A stretch of DNA of 64,000 nucleotides from Nageia nagi (Eukaryota > Plantae > Pinophyta): positions 11,718,001-11,782,000 of the forward strand of contig JBITNC010000001.1 of NCBI GenBank assembly GCA_050084985.1. The letters run 5' to 3'. Below, one piece after another: positions 1-10,000 of this stretch. Numbering within the stretch: position 1 is the first letter of the stretch; each line of letters starts with the position of its first letter. The notes under the pieces were generated by a model, which made no database searches, was not told the DNA's origin, and saw only the letters and a list, made by a program, of their open reading frames with translations. Made by a program: the position numbers and the translations under genes.

Positions 1-179
1 GGTGGCCTGCAGGTCGATGCGTGCGTCTGGGTCGTAGCGAAGTATACTAAAGGAATGATCATGCGAGCAGACGTCACGGAGCCAAATCAGAGAGTCAGTT
101 TGAGGTCAGAAGAGGAGTGCCCGCGCTCCCGCCTGCAGTCCTATCTTTAAGGTAGAAGTGGCTAGTTTGAAGATCCTTT

Positions 180-280
180 ATGCCTCTTGGCAGAGTTTTA
201 GCTCCACATTGCATGGCCCTTGGCGGAGTATTAGCTCCATATCAATTACCATGCCTCTTGGCAGGGAGTCCAGCTCCCAC
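180..280 (+). repeat. three degenerate about 33-37 bp tandem units (ATGCCTCTTGGCAGAG...AGCTCCAC)
   Basis: Units visible at about 180, 213 and 251. Tandem arrays in the 3' UTR are typical of Ogre/Tat elements. Confidence 0.7.
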
Positions 281-705
281 AGAATCATCGGACTGAACCA
301 TCAATGATAGGAGATGGTTGTACTCCACACAAAAGGAAAAAATATATAATATCCAAAATGTCAAAAATACGGGTAATTGTCATCTAGGACCTCTTGGTAG
401 ATGGCTATGGACCCTAGAGCTGTCTTTTCTTTTTGCAGGATATCATTGGAGCCTAGCAATATCAACTAGGGGCAACATGGCGAATATCACATAAGGGGGT
501 TTCTTAACCCATATCTCTTATCATTATGTTGTTTACCTTTCTCAAGTTTAACATAGTTCAGTATCAAAATTAGATTGATTAGTGTTGGTATTATGCTTAT
601 CAATGCTTATCAATATTTGATTGGCTATGACATCTTGAGTATACTTTGAATGAAAAATCTTAATGCACCTAGTGATTTGCGCTTTATCATTCAAAGTGGG
701 GCATC

Positions 706-1574
706 TGTTAACACATAAAATTTGATTTATGTATTTGTTAATACATTATAAAATAGTTTCCTGCACTTATAATCAGTTATTAATGTTATCTTGGATTTCA
801 TTAATATATATCATTATTTACTATGTTTCTCTTGCTTATGTAGGTACATGCCGACTCAAGGAGTGCGTCATATTATCTACTACCTATATAAATAAGGGAT
901 CTAATAGTAAGTCCATCATCAAGGATACACATGATCCTGCGTATGGTCTTGATAATGGCAATCATATTGTAAGGTGTCTCTTGACACTGCCTGTCAAGCC
1001 TGATTTTGTGTATCCCCTTCTTACGAGCATTCTGAAGAACTGAGAGACCTATCTGATAATCATACTACGATCATCTCGAGATTTTAGTGGGGGTGTAGAC
1101 TCGTTGGAGACGGATCATAGCCTATCGAAGGCCGCCGGCGCTCCTCTGTGGACGAATATAGATCGTCGGCATTCCTATCCAGTGCGACGAACACCGCCCG
1201 CGGCCTTCTTCTGTGACTTTTTAGCTTCGTGATTTCAGGTGTGGACAACGTTGGATCCTAGGATTTCGTCATCGGCTTCGTTTCGAACGTGCTGCATGAA
1301 GTGGGTATATAACTTCAGTCTTGATAGGCGGTGCCATTTTATGCCTGTTTTATCATATATATATTTCGCATTTACTTGTTACATACTTATCAGTGAACCT
1401 GAATTTATCAAGCAAATTTCGAGTTTTATCAATTTGTCAAAATACTTGTTATCTTTCATTATTTTGTGTATAAATTGCTATCCGTAGCTCGAGTTACAAG
1501 TGCATTCGAGTGTGTGAATGTTTTCCTTTATTGCTCATTTATTTGCATGCTCGAATTGTTTTTACTTGTAAACA
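706..1574 (+). repeat. 3' LTR of the Tat/Ogre-like element (about 870 bp)
   Basis: TG...CA termini with imperfect inverted repeat, preceded by a PPT, with an internal TATATAA at about 885. The partner LTR lies outside the window. Confidence 0.65.
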
Positions 1575-1828
1575 TCTGGCGACATGGAGGTTAGCAACCA
1601 ACCCTTGACTTTTTGATTATCTGCATACCACTTTGCATAGGCAGCATCAGCTTCCTTCGATGGATCAGTTTTACCAATAATATATTCGAGCTTCTCACGT
1701 CCTGCGATTTGCGTCTCTAATATTTGGGACCATACATCATAGTTACTTTCGGTGAGGACAACTCCGGCCTGGAAGCCAGAATTTTCAGATTGGATATGGA
1801 TTACTGGAGTTGATGATTCGGAAGCCAT
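1575..1828 (-). pseudogene. Copia gag N-terminus, truncated by the Tat LTR
   Basis: MASESS...LTESNYDVWSQILETQIAGREKLEYIIG...YAKWYADNQKVKGWLLTSMSP matches the Copia gag pattern NYxxWS...WxxxNxxVxxWLxxSM. Confidence 0.85.
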
Positions 1829-2072
1829 ATGGTGTTTTTCGTAACCTTGCTCTGATACCAAGTCAAGAACTTGGTTTTCATTCATACAAAGCTCTTTACA
1901 ATATTATGGGCATAAATAGCCACTATACATAATTGGAATGCTAAAGTTTAGGACTACAAATCTGTCAGCCAGCAGAGCATATCTCTAATCTAGGAAATAT
2001 ATATATTTACAATCAAGGAATTACTCTAGTATATATATTTACAATCAAGGAATTACTCTAGAATCTTCAACA
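1575..2072 (-). mobile_element. 5' end of an Ale/RE1-like Ty1/Copia element: 5' LTR 1861-2072, PBS tRNA-iMet 1849-1860, gag start
   Basis: GCTCTGATACCA at 1849-1860 is the reverse complement of TGGTATCAGAGC. The short LTR starts TGTTGAAG at 2072 (minus strand) and has an internal about 31-bp tandem duplication (about 1999-2061). Gag follows the PBS. Confidence 0.85.
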
Positions 2073-2074
2073 AC

Positions 2075-2643
2075 TTGTTCCATAGGATTGCGTGCAGTTG
2101 AAGAATAGTCCCTTCTTCTTCTGGTGCAAACGGTCCGCGCTTTATATCAGTTTACAAATTCAATTGTTCAAACATTTTGTGAATAAAGTATTCGGTTTAC
2201 AAATTCAATTGTTCAACAGTCATTAATTTAATCAGAAAATAAAATATTCAGTTTGTTTGTGAATACGATTACAATTGCGCTGTCTTTTAACTCCAATAGT
2301 ATTAATTTATTCTTGACACGCATAATATCCATTCTAAAGCATGCAATCTCTGTTCGAAGCTAACCAATCAAGTCAGTTTTACATTGGAGTTAAGCACTGT
2401 ACGTCGATCGATCTTAAAGAAACCATTTTACGAGTCAGAAACAAAACAAAACAAAAATCATCTTCTGATATGCATTGTAGAGGGACTGAAAATATGGGCA
2501 GAGTCCAGACCAGCTTGTTTGGGAAGAGCGTGCCAGCTTCCGTGCCCGTTTTTCTGAATGTATTCGAGAAGAATACTATCCTCTTCAGGCGTCCATGGCC
2601 CTTTCTTCAACCCCACTTTTTCACAGCAAGGGCCTCTACCCAT
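2075..2643 (-). pseudogene. R2R3-MYB transcription factor gene, disrupted (exon 1 2511-2643; exon 2 remnant 2075-2150)
   Basis: Exon 1 [45 protein letters not shown] is 133 bp followed by GT, the canonical R2R3-MYB exon 1. The exon 2 remnant reads (P)DIKRGPFAPEEEGTILQLHAILWNK then GT. The LxRCGKSCRLRWxNYLR part and the acceptor AG are missing. Confidence 0.9.
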
Positions 2644-2973
2644 TATGTCCTGGCCCACTCGTCGATTAATTAGCGGGAAAACTAGCAGAACTAGTCGTTC
2701 CAGAATAACGTAAGATGGCTAGGGGGAGCTTCAATCAGAAAGATGGCTTCGAATTGAAGTTGAGATTCTGAGCAGACAAGAAGTGGAGTGCATAGGGAAT
2801 GGCATGGCTTCTACTTCTGCTGCTGTGGTCTCCACTTGAAGCATAGCTCGACATGAAGTTTCAGCAGGAAGTAGAGGGCCAACGATATTAAATGGCCACA
2901 ACTTCACCCAGTCCAGACGCAAATGTTTGAAAGGCGAAGAAGACTTCTACGTGTTCCATCGCACACAGAATGT

Positions 2974-3111
2974 TCTGTTGCCTTCGCGTTTTTATTATCT
3001 GTACGAAAGTTGAGTTGTAATCTGTTGCCTTTCGGTTTTTATTATCTGTACGAAAGTTGAGTTGTAATCTGTTGCCTTTCGGTTTTCATTATCTGTACGA
3101 ATGTTGAGTTG
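2974..3111. repeat. 47-bp minisatellite, about 3 copies, upstream of the MYB
   Basis: TCTGTTGCCTTTCGGTTTTTATTATCTGTACGAAAGTTGAGTTGTAA starts at 2974, 3021 and 3068, with near-identical copies. Confidence 0.9.
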
Positions 3112-3599
3112 AACTCGTACGTTTAGTTTATAAATAAATCTGACAAATGATGGAATACTGATAACGACGGAACACAATTCCTCCGGTTGGAACGATAGGC
3201 TTTTCTTTCCTAGTAGATAGCAATTAACGAGGTAGCTGCAAGTACGAGACTATCAATATGCGTATTTAGAGATTCTTAGAGTCAATTAACTCTCAAAGTA
3301 ACTTTTTTCTTTTTTGAATGAAAAAGACGTAATTAAGAAAACAAATTTATATGAAAAAGGAATGCTTGGGATTAAGCGTACATCAAATATCATTTTAATC
3401 ATAGGGGTTACAAATTAATAATAAAATTAATTTAATTGTTGAAAAGAAACATTTTTCGAATTGTAGTGGATAGGATTTAATAATAACATTTAAATCAAAA
3501 AATTCAAAAGACATCATTACATCTAAAGATAATAAATTAAAGTGCATTTAAGTCATATTTATATAGAGAGTAAGGCAAAAGTTATCTTTCTCAGAGATA

Positions 3600-6500
3600 T
3601 ATTGCTAGCCACAACCTAGATAAATCGATGCTCCTCATCCATCATTATCATCATTGCCACCAAATTCATTATTGGTAAGTTGGATAAGGACCTCTTATTC
3701 TTAAGAAGTGGGAACGTCATATCTCCCCCTCTAATCACATGTGCAGGGGAATTGGGACAAACATCCCAACTAGTAGGTGGAAGGAATAACAACCTTTTGT
3801 TGTTTGTGAAAAGGTAATGGTTAAGACCAGTTCCTGTTAACTGGAGGACCAAAGAATGCTTGTGAGGATGCCTTTAGGAGTGAGAATTGTGGCCTCGAGA
3901 TTGTGAGCTACTACACACAACAAAGTTTGCAGGGATGCAATTAATCGCACAGAAAGCATTTCATCAATAGTCCATAGAAGTCGAAGGTATTGCAACTACA
4001 TGTGAACTTTCTCCAACTAGATTAAAATTCGCATCTAATAATCGTAGAAGACTTCATATTTGTTAGTAAGGGAGAAAGAAACAAAGGTTGCTTGTTGAGA
4101 AAAAATAATATTATTTCTGGTTTTCCAAATATGGTACAAAATGACTACGCAAAAAATATGTTGAACTTCAACTAATGGTTTGAGGATTTCCAAGGGGTCT
4201 TCTAATATAGCATGAACTTAGGTGTAGAAGTGAGAAAGATACAACCTAAAAAATAAAGAATTCCATCCTAGGCTACATAGGCCTTTTGATAAAACCAAAA
4301 GATATGAACAAAATCCTCGGCTTCACCATAGGAAGGAGAGTATGATTGTCAACCCCTAAATATTTTAATCTATGCACAATAAGCATGCCCTAATGGAACA
4401 AACTCCATAGAAAGAAGTTCAGTTTTGGCTTGAAATATATAACACCCAGACCATAGTGAATCTAAGAGACCATATGGATTGGGAGGAAACTAAATCCCTC
4501 CTTGTATTAAGCTTGTTAGATATAGGAACATGAGGTGATAACCAAGCATAACCAAAATGATGTTTGTATTTAATGAGCAGGGTATGCTTGGGTTAAAACC
4601 AATTAGACTACCAACAGTTTTAGAAGTTCTTGAATAATTTTTTCTAGAAGGGAACTTTTTCTATCATTGTATCATAAGTAGCTTTATGACCTAAGGTGAG
4701 ATTATGGAAGTGTTGAAAGATGTCCCAAAGGATCTAGTTCTTGGTATGAAACTAAAAAATCATTGAGAAAACTAATTCCTTTTTTGTGAAACCACAACAC
4801 CTTAATTTATTACACCTTTTCCAAGGGAAATACTTCAAAGGTAATGATAAGGGACCACCAAAAATTCATGGTGAAAATATAAGCCCCAACAGACTTCTTG
4901 CTCTCCCTAGAGCAGAGAGTACTATCGTACACTCCCCCTAGTGAGATCCATAGTGACATTCCCTAGGGAGCCTTAGTTTTTGTATCCCTCCTTTCTTTTA
5001 GGATCAAGATTCTCTTGTACAATTGTAGTTGTTTATTCTTTTATGTTTTCTTTAGGTGCTCCCACTAGGGGCTTGTTGGCTTCATTTACATGATTATACT
5101 TTCTAGTCCCATTGATTGCTTTTGGTCACCTGAGGATATTAATATACTTTCTTTCTTTCCCTCTCCCCTTCAAATTTAGATAAGGTTTGAGGGCTTCTCA
5201 AGCCTATGAAATATCTTTAATGATAATGGAACCAAAAATATTTACCATAACAGGGGCTATGAGAATGATTTATAAAGTTAACACTTTCCATACCATTTTT
5301 CCAAAGGGAAGACCTATAGAGAGATAATCCCTGATGAAAAATTTCTAGGCCTCATTACTATCAAATGCTCTTATAATCCACTTGGTGCAAAGAGGAAACC
5401 CTTAATTATAATAATAAAAGGCTCCATGCCTCTAGATTTCCTATGAAGATAACATATTTTCTGGGAAACTCTATGAAAATCTCTCTTACTAACACTAGAG
5501 GTCCAAAGGAAATCCCTTAAATTTTTATCTAACTTCTTGTAGCAAGCTAATGAAGGAAACCTACATGACAAGTAATAAACATGGGTAGAAGCAAGAACTT
5601 TAGAGCAAATTTGATATTTTTTCACTAAGAAAAGCTTTTTGGTAGTCTAATATGTAAGCTTGTTTTCAATTTTATGAATGCCATAATCCCATAAGTGAGT
5701 TGGAGATCCTTTAAAAGCAAAGGGAATTCCCAAAAACTTAAAATTCGTCATGGTTAGATCCATTTCTATGAATAATTAGCTATCTATTAAGGAAGGGTTT
5801 TCATTGATTACATATAGAAAGAAGTCTTCTACCACTTGATGTTTGAACCTGAAGCAAGATAAAAAATCTCAAGATAGGCTAAAATATTAAAATATTGATT
5901 GTTCCTCCTCCTTGAGTATTAGGAATGAGACAAAAACAAAGTGACCATTCAAAAGTTGTAAGTGAGAGTTAGAGTGAGAAATTTCCTTAATGAGAACTTG
6001 ATTATTCTTATGAGAAAGTAAATAGCTAAAGGCCTTAGAAACCAAAATGAAAAGAGAGGAAGAAATATGGAATCCTTGCTTAATAGACAAAGCTAGGGTG
6101 ATATTCTTTTATTTGGTACAATTCATAGTGAGAATTACAAAAGCATCCAAAAGTAACATTTGAACATAATTGATAAATTGGGGACCAAACCCAAGGCCTA
6201 CAACATGGTGGTGATAAAGTACCACTCAATTCTATCATAAGCCTTTTTAAAGTTTATTTTGATGAACAATGTATCTTGGTGTAAAGATCTAGCCCATTCC
6301 ATACCTTCCTAGATTACAATGATATTATACAAATTATATCTATCTTAAACAAATCCAATCTGATTAAGAAGAATGATGAGAGGGTGTAGGGATCTAAGCT
6401 TAAGAGCCAAGGACTTGATAATGATCTTGTAATTCATATTTAGTAAGGTAATAAGTATGTAGTCTGTAATGAATTTTGGATCACTAAATTTAGTAATAAA

Positions 6501-7077
6501 TTTAATATTTCATTTATTAATCATTTAACCTAAAGATCTAGATAAAGAAGCCTCTTTGTATACTTGAAACAAATTAGGAACCACAATGTCCAAAATATTT
6601 TTATAGAATTCATATGAAAAATCATCAATATAAGGGTCTTTACCATTAACCATTTATGAAAATGCTATTTTAAGATCTTACAATGTTAAAGGCAATTCAT
6701 AGATATCCCTTTAAACTTAGGAAAGTTTATAAGGTATGATTGAACAACATTCTTACAAGGCCAATTATCAAAAAGGTGTGAGAGGTAGAGAAGCAAACAC
6801 CTTTTGATAATGATTCACAAAAGGCTAAATGATATTCGATAAGGTATTAAGTTGAACTCCTTCAAATTGAATAACATGAAACTAAGTAACATGTATCTGA
6901 GGACAAAGATGCTAAAGAAACTCTTCAGAAACCTTATCCCCTACTTTGAGTCAATTTACTCTAGCATATAGTTAAGCTCCTTTAGCTTCATACAGGTCAA
7001 CTTTTTGTATTTCATAGTGAAGGGTAAAAACATGGGATTGTAAAGGAGATTTAAAAGAGTTTGACTTGAGTCGAAGA
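3600..7077 (-). mobile_element. decayed L1 LINE ORF2 (RT and zf-RVT), 3' part
   Basis: Minus-strand motifs: YEAKGA*LYARVN*LKVGDK (about 6940-6995), ITLLNMNYKII, IKINFKKAYDRIEW (about 6225-6265), SIKQG..SSSLF, YYLSC...RDFLW (5371-5625), PKLNFFLW...HIFW (zf-RVT, about 4270-4430) and YHIWKTRNNIIF (about 4100-4140). Many stops. The 3' boundary is approximate. Confidence 0.85.
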
Positions 7078-10000
7078 TGAAAATTTTAATCTCCAATCCT
7101 AGTTGTTGGGCATTATTTCATCTCACACTAGGCATTTCCACTCTACGAGAATTTTCTCCTACTTCGAGTATTATTGATCTCCATTCCTGGGATCTATATC
7201 AACCTCTAATCATCGAGTGTTATCACCATATTTGAGATCTATATCAGCATGTAGGATCTACTTCAGTATTCAAGTGTTATCAAGCCTCATGCTCTAGGAT
7301 ATGGCAATCAATAGAATTACTTCCTACGCTTCAAGAGATATTCCTCTGCTCTAGGTGTTAGTTTCTATTAGGCTTTGTCTTATTCCAAGATCTATCTCTC
7401 TGTGTTATTCTTTGGGCTTTGTTGACCCTAGGCTTCAATACTTATTAATCAACTTCAAGTTTTATTTATCTCCAAGACCTAATACCTACGGTTTTGGGAT
7501 TAATTTTTTGGGCATTGTTATTACTTTCTAAGATTTAGGATTTAACTATGTATTCTCTAGGTGTTAATTCTGTAGGACAACTTTGGTGACTCTGAGCTTT
7601 ACTAAACCTTGGGCTCTATCTCTTCTGGGTAATAACAAACCCTAGGAACTATTTTTTCTTTTGAGTTATGGGTAGTGATAACAACCATTGATTTTGGTGA
7701 GTGACATTATTATTTTAGAGCTTGAATCCTAGGACTTATTGCACTATCACATCCCTCGTACATCAAAACCTAGATTTACATTGCAAAAACATTCATATAA
7801 GGGATTTCTACCTTGGAATTAAATGGTCAACTACTGACACTAGTTTTTGAACACTAGCATTAAATATTTTTGTACAAAAATGGTTGATCTAAGTTGTATA
7901 ACCATTTAATATGTTTTAGACATCATGCATACAAGGATATGGGCTTCATCTACTCTCTACAAAAAGGATGACAAAATGGGTGCATGGATCCATGCTACAT
8001 TTAATTGTATTTTGACCAAGTAGCATGTATGTAATATTTTTTTTAGTATAAGTTTGGATAACCTATCTATAAGCTATGGATGGAGGAGCAGATTAAAGAA
8101 TCATGTATGTTTTCCTCTTAGCTCCAAGAGAGCATTGTAAAAATTTTACTTCTCTGCAATACAAAAGATATTTTGGTCTTCTATTTATCTCTCTATTTAT
8201 TCTAGCCATGATTAGCCTTGCTATGCTCTAGCTATACATATTATTGTTTATTTTTCTTCAAAATCTTCAATTGGTATTAGAGAAGAATATTTATTGGGTT
8301 AAATGGATTCCAAGTAAGGAAATTCACTATGGTTGCAAATTCCCATTTTTATTGGAAACCATTACAAGTACTAGTGCATCCATATGTGGACATTTCTTAT
8401 CTCACAAGACTTGTGGACATTTATTTCCTAAGGATTTATCGATTCAGATGAAGTTATATTTGTAGCCATGACTGCAGATGAGAAGAAAGAAGTGTTGGAG
8501 AGTAAGAAGGATGCCAAGGTATTATTTTCCATCTAGTATGGTATAGATGTGTCCATCTTCCCCAAAATTATAGAGTGTAAGACTTCTAAGAAAGCATGGG
8601 AGATCTTGGAGATCGCATACAAAGGATCAGCTAAGGTCCATGTGGCAAAGCTCTAAATTTTAAGGAAGGAGTTCGAATCTCTCCATATGAGAGAGGAAGA
8701 AAATAAAAGTTTCTTCTTTTCCAAGATCCAAGATCTTGTAAATTCCCTTCATTCACATGATGAAGAGATGGGATATACCAAAATTGTTAAAAAGATGCTT
8801 TGAATCTTACCGAGAAGGTTTGATCCCATCACCACAACAATTGAAGAAGCAAAGGACCTATCCCAACTCATGCTTGCAAAGTTCCAGGGTAGTTTTACTA
8901 CCTATGAGTATAAAATTAGCAATAGAGTTGAGTCTTTGGACCAAGATTTCCAAGGATAGTTGAGAATGAAGGGTTGATAGCCCTCTTCATCAACTCCTAA
9001 TTCTTCTTCATCCTCTCATGGAAGAGGTGGATCACTCCGAGGAAGAAGTAGTGGCCAAGGCAAAGGTAAAAGAGGTCATGGAAGAGATCATTCTAGGGGA
9101 AGATCATAAAATGACATCCCTAAACATTTTGAGTTTTGTAACAAAGATGATCACAAAGAATCTCATTGCTAGAAGAAGAATTCCCAACTCAAGTCTCAAT
9201 ATGTTGAAGATCAAGTTGATAGTAGCATGTTCCTCACCTATAGTAGTTTCTAGGCTAAAGAAGAAGATGTATGGTACATAGATAGTGGTTGCTCTAACCA
9301 CATGACTAGAAATAAAGCTTTGTTTCTTAAGGTTGAAACCTCTTTCACAGGCTAAGTCAAGTTTAGTGATAACAAAAGTGTCGACATCTATGGTAGAGCA
9401 ACTATGACCTTTAAGTCTAAAGTTGGTATGATAGTTTATATGCATAGCACTCTCTTTATTTTTGGCCTTAAGCATGATTAGTTAAGTATTGGCCAACTTA
9501 ATATAAGGGGTTATATAACCACCTTCAGAAGGAAAGGATGCACCATAGTAAAAGAGGACAATAACTAGCTTATAGCCAACATCCATATGATTGAAAATAG
9601 GATGTATATACTTAGGATGACACCCATAACAAGTTCTTTGAAGGTGGAGATCCATTGATTCTTCTTGGTTATGGCATAGGATATGTGGTCATTTAAAATT
9701 TCACTTATTAAATGATCTACAAAAATTAGTGAGAGGCCTTCTTGCCATCTCCTATACACCTAATGAGGTTTGTGAAAGTTGTGTTGTAGAAAAGCAACAC
9801 AAAGAGAAGTTTCCAAAGCACCAATACAGGGCTAAGTACCCTCTTCAACTAGTGCATGTAGACTTGTGTGGACTAATGTAGACTCCCAACTAAGGTGGTA
9901 AGTCTAGATATATTCTTATCTTTACTGATGACTTTTCTAGGATGAGTTGGCATTATTTACTGCAAAACAAATTTGACTCCTTTGAGAGTTTTATTAAATT

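Larger units (their letters stand above)
1..1574 (+). mobile_element. 3' end of a Tat/Ogre-like Ty3/Gypsy LTR retrotransposon (3' UTR, PPT, 3' LTR)
   Basis: PPT-like AAAGTGGGGCA(TC) at about 693-705 is directly followed by TGTTAACACATAAAATTTG at 706, a Tat/Ogre-style PPT-LTR junction. The LTR ends ...TTGTAAACA at 1574 (terminal inverted repeat TGTTAAC/GTAAACA), exactly where the Copia gag similarity stops. CpG-rich, so it looks young. Confidence 0.7.

Noticed and set aside
1085-1100. Second PPT-like AGTGGGGG-TGTAGAC inside the Tat LTR
   Set aside because: No partner LTR in the window to test an alternative start; left unresolved.
1575-1583. TCTGGCGAC after the Tat LTR as a PBS
   Set aside because: It is the antisense of Copia gag codons (SP), and this LTR is preceded by a PPT, so it is a 3' LTR.
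2341-2673. 110-aa plus-strand ORF overlapping the MYB
   Set aside because: Antisense shadow of MYB exon 1 and intron 1, with no independent protein signature.
2974-3111. Repeat array as CRISPR
   Set aside because: Head-to-tail units without unique spacers, eukaryotic context and no cas genes. The same applies to the arrays at 34525 and 37651.
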